Source: Mogibacterium sp. (lineage in GTDB: Bacteria > Bacillota > Clostridia > Peptostreptococcales > Anaerovoracaceae). Taken from it: a stretch of DNA of 64,000 nt. The notes under the pieces were generated by a model. That model searched no databases, was not told where the DNA came from, and saw nothing but the letters and a program-made list of their open reading frames with translations. A program made the translations under genes and the position numbers. The first letter of the stretch is position 1, and every line of letters starts with the position of its first letter. The stretch lies in the NCBI GenBank assembly GCA_017404265.1, contig JAFRCS010000006.1, positions 125,502-189,501 on the forward strand. The letters run 5' to 3'. Positions 21,208 through 29,151 of the stretch are shown here, one piece after another.

Positions 21208-23507
21208 CAGAAAAACCTAAGGTATCAGTCATATGTATCACATACGGGCATGAGGATCATATTGCGCAGGCTCTCGACAGTTTTCTGATGCAGAAAACGG
21301 AGTTTCCGTTTCAGATCTTAGTCGGAGAGGATAATGGCCCTGACAAAACTGCCGAGATCGTAAAGAACTATGCAGAAAAATACCCGGACAAGATCGTTCC
21401 TTTCATCCGCAAGGAGAGTATTGGAGCGCAAAGGAATCTGGTGGATCTGTGCAGGCGTGCGGAAACCGAGTACCTTGCATTTTGTGAGGGCGATGATTAC
21501 TGGATGGATGAATACAAACTACAAAAGCAATTCGATCTGATGGAAGCACATCCGGAGTATAATATGTGCTTTCATAACACCATGATAATGGCAGATCCAT
21601 CGTGGTATTTGTATGAATGCTATGACCGGGATGATAATGGCAGCATCGTCTTTCCAGGATCAATACCGGATTACGATACAACGCTTACCGAAATGAAGGC
21701 CGATAATTACATTAAGTACAGCCCGGCTCATTCATCATCAATGTTTTACAGATGGGATAACAGCAAGGAGATACCAGAGTGGTATTATACCCAAATATAC
21801 TGGGAACACTCACTGGTAATGATTCAGGTCGGGGACGGACTTATCGGTTATATTCCCGAAACGATGTCTGTCGGCGGGCTTTCAGAGGAAAGAGCGCCGG
21901 AGCATGAATCAAAGACAGATCTCTATATAAAAAGCCAGCAGAACCGGATAGAAATGGCCGTTGATATCGAGAGCTATTATTTAAGTCACTATGGTCTTTT
22001 TGCAAATTCAGAAATAAGAGACCGCATTGTCCACGAATTCAACGATTATATTCAATACATTATAAATACTGAGAATGATGATCTGTTAAGAGAAGCATAT
22101 ATAAAATATGCATATCCAGCCAGTCTGGCAATAGAAGCAAATTTAAGAAACCAATCAACTATCAATAAGTTAAAAAGTCTTTACTCTGAAAATGGCTTCC
22201 AAATGCTTATAACAGATAGTGACGTAAAAGAGGGGGTTTCAAAATTAATCGATAAAAGAAAAATCAAAAAGAAAGAAAAAATAAAAGAAAACATAAGAAA
22301 ACGATTAAACGCATATGTTAAAGATAACAAAGCGATCGAAGACAAAAAACTATGGGTCTTCAGTTATGATAACCAGTGGTACTATAGCGGAAATGTAAGG
22401 CATCTGTACGAATACATTCTGGCATATCACCCTGAAATCAGCGCTGTCTGGATCACAAGAAGCATAACGCTGACCAAACTGTTTGATTCTGAAGGAAAGC
22501 CATATGCAAAGATAGGAAGCGAAGAATGTAAGCATGTTTTGGAAAAGGCAGCGGTTGCTTTTGTCAACAACTACAAAATACTATCATTTGGTATAGAAGG
22601 GATCAATAAGAACACTAAGATCGTCCGGCTTGGAGACGGGATCCGGCCAGAAGGAAAAGAAAGGTTCAATGCATATCAGAGGGACCTGAGAACAGTTCCT
22701 TTTATTACAGCAGAAGAGATCATCAGTAAGCATCCGGAGAATTATGATAAAGAAATGCTCACGGAAGAAACACGAAGCTATTTCACAGAGGATTATCCAA
22801 ACACATTCCTTCAACTTGCAGAAAATGACAGGATGCTGCGGTTTTATAATGAAGTAATGGGTATTCCCGAGGAGGCGATCATAAAGTGCGTATCGCCAAG
22901 GTGCTTTGCTGTCAGGGAAAAACCGAAAGAAACAAATAACGTGATCGCTCTGTGTCCCGGCTTCAGAGCAAGGGTGTCAGATCAAATAGAATACGCGGAC
23001 GCTTTATTAAAAAATATTGACAGCATCAATGCTTTTCTTGAAAAAGAGGACTGCTTCCTCAGGATCATGATCCCTAACGACTATTATCATGAAGTAAGAG
23101 AAAAATTGCAGAAAGGAACAGACCGGTTCCCAAGAATGGAAGTCAGCGAGCCGGCAGAAGATCTGTTCTCCGAACTGATCAATATCGATGCAATGATAAC
23201 GGACTGGTCATCAGCAATGTTTGACTTTGCATTACAGAATAAGCCGGTCGTTTTATTGAATCCGGATAAGATTGAACAGGATGTCCCTGGCGGTATGCTG
23301 TATAAACTTGACGAAGTCGCGCCGGGGGCAAAGGCAGATGACTGGGAAGAGGCTCTGAATATGATTCTGGAAAGAATGAATGATCCGGATATTGACAGCG
23401 ATAAGAGAAGAAAAACTGTGGAAACAATTTATGATACAGCTGTCAATGGTGATAAGGATCTCGAATGTATCGTTACAGAGATAAAGCAGCGCCTTGACAT
23501 CCAATAA
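21204..23507 (+). CDS. Fusion of GT2 glycosyltransferase (N-terminal) and TagF-like CDP-glycerol glycerophosphotransferase (C-terminal)
   Basis: N-terminus: KVSVICITYGHEDHIAQALDSFL...VGEDNGPDKT...CEGDDYW (GT-A fold, DxD). C-terminus: ALCPGFRA... and ITDWSSAMFDFALQNKPVVLL (TagF family). The start overlaps the licD stop (ATGA). Confidence 0.75.
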   Translation: MTEKPKVSVICITYGHEDHIAQALDSFLMQKTEFPFQILVGEDNGPDKTAEIVKNYAEKYPDKIVPFIRKESIGAQRNLVDLCRRAETEYLAFCEGDDYWMDEYKLQKQFDLMEAHPEYNMCFHNTMIMADPSWYLYECYDRDDNGSIVFPGSIPDYDTTLTEMKADNYIKYSPAHSSSMFYRWDNSKEIPEWYYTQIYWEHSLVMIQVGDGLIGYIPETMSVGGLSEERAPEHESKTDLYIKSQQNRIEMAVDIESYYLSHYGLFANSEIRDRIVHEFNDYIQYIINTENDDLLREAYIKYAYPASLAIEANLRNQSTINKLKSLYSENGFQMLITDSDVKEGVSKLIDKRKIKKKEKIKENIRKRLNAYVKDNKAIEDKKLWVFSYDNQWYYSGNVRHLYEYILAYHPEISAVWITRSITLTKLFDSEGKPYAKIGSEECKHVLEKAAVAFVNNYKILSFGIEGINKNTKIVRLGDGIRPEGKERFNAYQRDLRTVPFITAEEIISKHPENYDKEMLTEETRSYFTEDYPNTFLQLAENDRMLRFYNEVMGIPEEAIIKCVSPRCFAVREKPKETNNVIALCPGFRARVSDQIEYADALLKNIDSINAFLEKEDCFLRIMIPNDYYHEVREKLQKGTDRFPRMEVSEPAEDLFSELINIDAMITDWSSAMFDFALQNKPVVLLNPDKIEQDVPGGMLYKLDEVAPGAKADDWEEALNMILERMNDPDIDSDKRRKTVETIYDTAVNGDKDLECIVTEIKQRLDIQ

Positions 23508-23534
23508 AACTAAGCAGAAATATACAATAAGAAA

Positions 23535-23570
23535 CCTCCCGCAGTGTAATCATACACGCGGGAGGCTTTT
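23535..23570. terminator. Rho-independent terminator between convergent operons
   Basis: Stem cctcccgc/gcgggagg, 15-nt loop, TTTT. It lies between 21204..23507 (+) and licB-like (-). Confidence 0.55.
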
Positions 23571-23604
23571 CTATTGCTATTAATCACTAATACATAAAAC
23601 GCGT

Positions 23605-24549
23605 TTATTTCTCTTCCTTGCTGAATAGCTCTTTGTAGTCCGCGCCTGAAAGAATACCAAACACCAGGACTCCGATCGTACACAGAATAGTGATCGGATT
23701 CAGCAGAGCGTAATTCTTGAAGAATACTACCGCGATTATTACGGCCCAGGCGGAATATGTGATATTCAAAGCCATGGACTTGGACGCTCCGATTTGCGAA
23801 ATAGCTCTGTAGTAGAAGAGATATGATACTGTTGCGCTAAGAGCGGCAATAGCAATCGTTGGGATCAGCATTCCGGTTCCGCTGAAGAGGCTTATCGTGA
23901 AGCCCCATCCTTTCAGCAGAGGGAGAAGTATCAGTCCATATACGAGCGCCGAAGTGGTCTGACGGATCTGAAGAGCAAGGTCGTCTGTGACCAGCGGATC
24001 CTGAACACACTTCGCGATGATGACAGCTTCGATACCCCAGCCGAATGAGCACATGAGAGCACCGAGTACGCCCAGCCAGAAATTCTTGATGCTGAGGTCA
24101 GGTGAATAGCTCAGACCATATACTCCAAGCAGAGTAAGGATCAGGAAAACCCAACGATACCAGCGCATTTCCTCTTTGAGGAAATAATGCGCTATTACTG
24201 CGCCTATAGCAGGGAACATCGCTGTCGATACCGCGCCAATGGAAGCGCCCATGTTAGCAACCGCCATTACATAGCCGGTCATGCCGATCGGGCCGCCGAT
24301 GACTGCCGCCAGAGCAACAAACTTGCCGCTTCTGGTCTTGAACGCCCTTACCAGATCCGGAAGCCTACCCCTGAAACCGTTATACGCGCATGCCCATATC
24401 GCGGAAAAAGCGTCGTGGATAAAAGTTGATACGAAAGGAGCTAAAAAGATTGCCTGTTCCGTCGATACAAAAGGTGTCATAGCAAGCGCGATACCAATGA
24501 TCGTCGTTTCTATTCCCCAGGTTAGACCTGCCATTATTCCTGCAAACAT
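23605..24549 (-). CDS. licB: DMT-superfamily transporter, LicB-like (putative choline permease)
   Basis: About 10 predicted TM helices. Segments resemble my recollection of pneumococcal LicB: FIHDAFS, GGPIGMTGYVMAV, MFPAIG, WGIEAV, QIRQTTSAL, SYLFYYRAI, LNITYSAWAVIIAVVF. It lies directly downstream of a choline-kinase gene. Confidence 0.65.
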   Translation of the reverse strand: MFAGIMAGLTWGIETTIIGIALAMTPFVSTEQAIFLAPFVSTFIHDAFSAIWACAYNGFRGRLPDLVRAFKTRSGKFVALAAVIGGPIGMTGYVMAVANMGASIGAVSTAMFPAIGAVIAHYFLKEEMRWYRWVFLILTLLGVYGLSYSPDLSIKNFWLGVLGALMCSFGWGIEAVIIAKCVQDPLVTDDLALQIRQTTSALVYGLILLPLLKGWGFTISLFSGTGMLIPTIAIAALSATVSYLFYYRAISQIGASKSMALNITYSAWAVIIAVVFFKNYALLNPITILCTIGVLVFGILSGADYKELFSKEEK

Positions 24550-24567
24550 TATTTACCTCCTTTTACA

Positions 24568-25482
24568 CTAACCAAGCTTTTTATAAGCTTCGATATTGTT
24601 CTTGAGTCTCAGATATCTTCCGTCCGCGTATTCTTGCATGAAATCGCCGTCAAACGGAACGCGGGTAAGACCCCACAGAGTCCACAGATAATCAACATAG
24701 AGCTTTGCTGCTATGAAATACTTCTTCTCTTCAAGGGATGGCTCTCTCTGATAGTAATCCAGAAGGAGTTCCGCTTCCTGCTCTTCGTTATAACCGATCT
24801 CTATGGAAAGGCAGGAAAGATCCCACATAGCCTCGTTCATGCCGGAATACTCCCAGTCGATCAGATACAGCTTGCCGTTCTTATCAAGAACCCAGTTGCC
24901 GATTAGGGAATCGTTATGGCATGGTACGCGAGGGATAGGTCCGTTGGCGTCAACAGATGCCTTGATATCCATGACAGTCTGCTTAACTTCATCATAGTCA
25001 TCATAGAAAGCAACTCCGCCGTCACGAATGATCTTTTCATACAGGTCAGCCATTTCGAAAACTTCAAATTTAACTCCTGTGTCTACTCCGCAGGTGTGCA
25101 GCTTACGGAAGATGTCCGCTGCCTGTTTGATATTTTCACTTCTGCACATTACCTCTTCGGTCATAGGCTGCGGGTCATCAATAAAACGCATGACCTTACG
25201 TCCATCATCTCCAAAATACAAAAGTTCGGAATCTATACCCAGACTGCAGGCAAGCTCCGTGCTCTTTCTCTCGTCATCTCTGACGATCATCTCCTCGGTG
25301 CCTTCTCCCGGGATCCTTACAAGATACTCGTTTCCGTCCGCGCGGGTAACCCTGTAAGAATGATTAGTCATTCCACCAAGACGGCAGATATCGACGTACT
25401 CATCATCCTCAAAAACGGAACCAAGCAACGCTTTGACCTTAGGAAGGTCAGAATCTTCAATTTCTCTGATTAATTCAGCCAT
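24568..25482 (-). CDS. licA: Choline/ethanolamine kinase (LicA-like, APH fold)
   Basis: GMTNHSYRV, Brenner motif CHNDSLIGNW, and the choline-kinase motif LIDWEYSGMNEAMWDL. Confidence 0.8.
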   Translation of the reverse strand: MAELIREIEDSDLPKVKALLGSVFEDDEYVDICRLGGMTNHSYRVTRADGNEYLVRIPGEGTEEMIVRDDERKSTELACSLGIDSELLYFGDDGRKVMRFIDDPQPMTEEVMCRSENIKQAADIFRKLHTCGVDTGVKFEVFEMADLYEKIIRDGGVAFYDDYDEVKQTVMDIKASVDANGPIPRVPCHNDSLIGNWVLDKNGKLYLIDWEYSGMNEAMWDLSCLSIEIGYNEEQEAELLLDYYQREPSLEEKKYFIAAKLYVDYLWTLWGLTRVPFDGDFMQEYADGRYLRLKNNIEAYKKLG

Positions 25483-25564
25483 TATATCCTCCTTGTTATT
25501 ATTTGAAAGACCTGATCATACAGCATTCTTTTACGAATCTGATGGCTTGCCTATCAAATATGTT

Positions 25565-25593
25565 TTTACACGGTGTTCATATTACCATATAAT
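25565..25593 (+). promoter_or_regulatory. Putative sigma-A promoter for the 25727 gene
   Basis: TTTACA (25565..25570), 17-nt spacer, TATAAT (25588..25593). Confidence 0.5.
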
Positions 25594-25611
25594 CATATCA
25601 AAAATGAACAC
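25573..25611. promoter_or_regulatory. Candidate operator 1: inverted repeat GTGTTCAT-N23-ATGAACAC bracketing the -10 box
   Basis: Perfect 8-nt arms at 25573..25580 and 25604..25611, enclosing TATAAT. Confidence 0.4.
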
Positions 25612-25661
25612 TTTTTTTAATACAATACATATTTATTCATAGAAACCACAGTCGTTGCGCC

Positions 25662-25700
25662 TTGTTCATTTTTATGCTATTATTCCCACTGTTTGAACAA
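25662..25700. promoter_or_regulatory. Candidate operator 2: TTGTTCAT-N23-TTGAACAA, same 39-bp geometry as operator 1
   Basis: TGTTCA/TGAACA cores with the same 25-nt separation as in operator 1, located 27 nt upstream of the 25727 ATG. Confidence 0.4.
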
Positions 25701-25726
25701 AGATAACTTCCAAAAAGGAGACCGAA

Positions 25727-27493
25727 ATGACCAGAAATGAGTTTAATCTGCTTTACGCAATTAAGAAGTACGGAATACAGAGCTACAGAAAAATGAAAGA
25801 TATGGCCTTTGTTTCAGTTGGATATGTGTCTCAGACAATGAAATCCTTCTCTGAACAGAACTATATCGACGATAACGGCATAACAGAACTTGGGATGCAG
25901 GCGCTGCTGCCGTACAAAGTCGATTCAGCGGTTATCATGGCGGCGGGAATGTCCACCCGCTTTGTTCCGCTTTCCCTGGAGAAGCCGAAGGGCTTGCTTG
26001 AAGTTAAGGGCGAGGTACTTATTGAGCGCCAGATAAAACAACTGAAAGAGGCAGGCATAGAGAATATAGCCATCGTTCTGGGATACAAGAAAGAAGCGTT
26101 TTTTTATCTTGAGGATAAATACGATGGCATCAAAATAATCATCAATCCGGAATATAATACCAAAAACAACACACATACTTTGTATTTGGCTCAAAACTGC
26201 ATTAAGAACACTTATATTTGCTCCTCTGACGACTACTTCGTAGAAAATCCTTTTGAGGAGTATGTATATCAGTCATATTACGCGGCCATTCACGTAAAAG
26301 AAAAAACCAATGAATGGTATATGATCCCGGACAAGAAGGGCAACATATCCAAGGTAAGACTCTGCGGAGAAGAAGGCGATATAATGCTGGGCCATGTGTA
26401 CTGGGACAGAGAGTTCAGCGCCGCAATGTTGGGAATACTCAACGCGGATCATGAAATAGGCAATTACGATCAGTCGCTTTGGGAGCAGATTCTGATGGAG
26501 AATGTCAAAGAGCTGCCTCCAATGGAGATAAAGGTCTATCCGGACGATGTCATCTTCGAATTCGATTCACTTGATGATCTCCGTAAGTTCGATGCCAGTT
26601 ATATCAACAATACTCACAGCAGGATAATGAAGAATATCACTTCCTGCCTGAATTGTAATGAAGAGGATATTCTCAACCTTAAACCGATCAAGGAAGGAAT
26701 AACCAATACATCATTCGCCTTTGAGGTCAACAGGAAAAAGTATGTCTACAGGCATCCGGGCGAGGGGACAGAAGCTTTTATTTCACGCAAAGATGAAAAG
26801 AAAGCTCTGGAGCTTGCCAAACTTATAGGGGCTGATCCTACATTTATATATATGGATGACAACGAAGGATGGAAACTCTCAGAATATGTTGAAGAGAAAA
26901 GAGCACCTGATTATGGATCGGCAGATGATTCGAAAAGAGTCATTGGAGTAATGAAGACGCTGCATCAGCACGAGCTTCCTGACGGAAGAACCTTCAGCCC
27001 ATGGGAAGAAACGGGAAAACTGGAAGAACTTCTGCGCTCAGAGAAAGGCGGCATTGCCGATAAAGAATTCGATCAGCTTAAAGCCGATGTCGAAAAATGC
27101 TATAAGAAAACGATCGGAGACGGGGTAGAGACAAGGTTCTGTCACTGCGATACTTACGCGCAGAACTGGATGCTCACAGACAAAGGAGAGACGATACTGA
27201 TCGACTGGGAGTACGCGGGCAACGCCGATCCGGGCTGTGATCTGGGAGCATATATCATGGATTCCATGTGGGATATTCCGGACGCGGAGGCATTCATCAA
27301 AGAGTATTGCGGGAGTGAATATAATGATACTCTCAGATTCCATTATTTGGCATATACGGCAATCCTGTCATATTACTGGTATGTGTGGGCGCTCTACCGT
27401 GAGGCAAGAGGAGCGATAATGGGAGAGAGCCTTTATAACTGGCGCGTTATGGCAAGACGCTATAGTAAATACCTGTTAGAAAAATACAAATAA
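25727..27493 (+). CDS. Fusion: small N-terminal wHTH-like domain + LicC-like (choline-phosphate) cytidylyltransferase + LicA-like kinase
   Basis: aa 1-60: helix-rich, MarR-like (weak call). aa ~65-300: AVIMAAGMSTRFVPLSLEKPKGLLEV (LicC-type NTP transferase). aa ~310-588: GITNTSFAF, CHCDTYAQNW, LIDWEYAGNADPGCDL (choline kinase). Confidence 0.8.
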   Translation: MTRNEFNLLYAIKKYGIQSYRKMKDMAFVSVGYVSQTMKSFSEQNYIDDNGITELGMQALLPYKVDSAVIMAAGMSTRFVPLSLEKPKGLLEVKGEVLIERQIKQLKEAGIENIAIVLGYKKEAFFYLEDKYDGIKIIINPEYNTKNNTHTLYLAQNCIKNTYICSSDDYFVENPFEEYVYQSYYAAIHVKEKTNEWYMIPDKKGNISKVRLCGEEGDIMLGHVYWDREFSAAMLGILNADHEIGNYDQSLWEQILMENVKELPPMEIKVYPDDVIFEFDSLDDLRKFDASYINNTHSRIMKNITSCLNCNEEDILNLKPIKEGITNTSFAFEVNRKKYVYRHPGEGTEAFISRKDEKKALELAKLIGADPTFIYMDDNEGWKLSEYVEEKRAPDYGSADDSKRVIGVMKTLHQHELPDGRTFSPWEETGKLEELLRSEKGGIADKEFDQLKADVEKCYKKTIGDGVETRFCHCDTYAQNWMLTDKGETILIDWEYAGNADPGCDLGAYIMDSMWDIPDAEAFIKEYCGSEYNDTLRFHYLAYTAILSYYWYVWALYREARGAIMGESLYNWRVMARRYSKYLLEKYK

Positions 27494-27610
27494 CAGAGCA
27501 AAAATACAAAGGAAACGAGGCAAATAGGTTGAGTTTTTTGCCTGCAAGTGCTACCCTCTGATTACCACACTCTTAATATTTTTTAAGATTACTGAGGGAG
27601 GAATAGGCAA

Positions 27611-29014
27611 ATGAAGAAAAGTAGTTTATTAGTATTGCTGCTGTCAATGGCTATGGTGATGACATCGGTAATGTGCTCTTTTGCTGAGTCAGAAGCAACG
27701 GAAAATACGGACGGAGAAGTTGTGGCTGCTGAAGAGCAGGCAACTGTTGAGGCGCCTGTTGTTGAGGAACCAGCTGCTGAAGAGCCGGCAAACGTTGAAG
27801 CGCCTGCTGCTGAAGAACCAGTTGCTGAAGAACCGGCAAAGGATGCTACGGAAGAACCGGCTGCTTTGAGAGGCGGAAAAACAGGCTGGGATCAGGACGA
27901 ATACGGCTATTGGTACTATTACGAAAACGACAATATGGTATACGGCTGGAAGAGTATCAAAGGCTATTGGTACTACTTCGATAAAAAAGACGGATATATG
28001 TATTCCGACATCTGGGATGAGATTAACGGCAAGTATTATTACTTCGATAATTCCGGACATATGAAGACCGGATGGGTCAAGGATGTCAAAGGCTACGGGG
28101 ATGGTGCCTGGTATTACTTTAGCTCCGGAGGAGCAATGTGTGTTGGCTGGCTAAAGATTGGCGGTGCTTGGTATTACTTCGATGAGTACATAGATGAAGA
28201 TGACGATTACCTTTACGGCCAGATGGCAAACGGCATTTGGTGGAATAATAAAGCTGAAAAGGCTTATCTGTTCGGAAGCAATGGAAAGTGGCAGAGCGGA
28301 TTTACAGGTTGGAAGAGCGAAACTTACACCTATGATGGAACTAAGTACACCGATTGGTACTATTTCAAGAAGGGAACAGGTATTAACGGCTTTCAGAAGT
28401 TTAGCAATAAATGGTATTATTTCGACGGAGGTTGGATGCTTGCCGACAATTGGTTGTCTTACAAAGGCTATTGGTACTACTTCGATAAGTCCGGAGTCAT
28501 GAAGACCGGCTGGCTCAAAGATACCTGGACTGATGAAGAAGAGGGAGTAACTTATATTACTTGGTATTACTTCAAGTCGAATGGAGCAGAAGCCTTCGGT
28601 TGGCAGAAAATCAGTGGCAAATGGTATTACTTCGATGAAGAAGACGGATATATGTATTCCGACTTCTGGGATGAGATTAATGGCAATTATTATTACATCG
28701 ATAAGTCCGGAGTCATGAAGACCGGCTGGCTCAAAGATACCTGGACTGATGAAGAAGAAGGAGCAACTTATATTACTTGGTATTACTTCAAGTCGAATGG
28801 AGCAGAAGCCTTCGGTTGGCAGAAAATCAGTAACAAATGGTATTACTTCGATAAAGAAGACGGATATATGTATGCCAATGCATGGGCAGAGGATTCTAAA
28901 GGGTGGTATTACATGGATGAAGACGGCCACTGCGTCACAAACAAGACTATAGAGATCGATGGCGAAGAATATACATTCGGCAGCGATGGAATATGCTTGA
29001 ATCCGCCATTCTAA
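27611..29014 (+). CDS. Secreted cell-wall/choline-binding-repeat protein (CW_binding_1 type)
   Basis: Signal peptide, an (A/V)EEPA linker repeated about 5 times, then about 17 copies of the ~20-aa GW..(W/Y)YYF...G.M.TGW repeat. It ends ...GICLNPPF. Confidence 0.85.
   Translation: MKKSSLLVLLLSMAMVMTSVMCSFAESEATENTDGEVVAAEEQATVEAPVVEEPAAEEPANVEAPAAEEPVAEEPAKDATEEPAALRGGKTGWDQDEYGYWYYYENDNMVYGWKSIKGYWYYFDKKDGYMYSDIWDEINGKYYYFDNSGHMKTGWVKDVKGYGDGAWYYFSSGGAMCVGWLKIGGAWYYFDEYIDEDDDYLYGQMANGIWWNNKAEKAYLFGSNGKWQSGFTGWKSETYTYDGTKYTDWYYFKKGTGINGFQKFSNKWYYFDGGWMLADNWLSYKGYWYYFDKSGVMKTGWLKDTWTDEEEGVTYITWYYFKSNGAEAFGWQKISGKWYYFDEEDGYMYSDFWDEINGNYYYIDKSGVMKTGWLKDTWTDEEEGATYITWYYFKSNGAEAFGWQKISNKWYYFDKEDGYMYANAWAEDSKGWYYMDEDGHCVTNKTIEIDGEEYTFGSDGICLNPPF
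28485..28852 (+). repeat. Tandem coding duplication, 216-bp period
   Basis: 28485..28636 and 28701..28852 are 152-nt copies that differ at about 4 positions by eye. Confidence 0.8.
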
Positions 29015-29030
29015 AACATTAATGATAGAA

Positions 29031-29062
29031 GTGGGGGGCTGTAAAGGCCCCTTACTTTTTTT
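29031..29062 (+). terminator. Rho-independent terminator (first copy of a conserved inter-CBP cassette)
   Basis: G/C-rich hairpin ggggct-gtaaa-ggcccc with a flanking extension, then a 7-T run. Confidence 0.55.
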
Positions 29063-29151
29063 AGTTTAATGTGGATTTACAACAATGCTGTAAAATGATA
29101 ATCTCCAAAAGGTAACAGATATCATTAACCAAGCCAAACAGGGAGAACAAG

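Noticed and set aside
27519-27543. Hairpin aggcaaa...tttgcct after the LicC-LicA fusion as a terminator
   Set aside because: The stem is only 7 bp, with an 11-nt loop and no T-tail after it. This is too weak to call.
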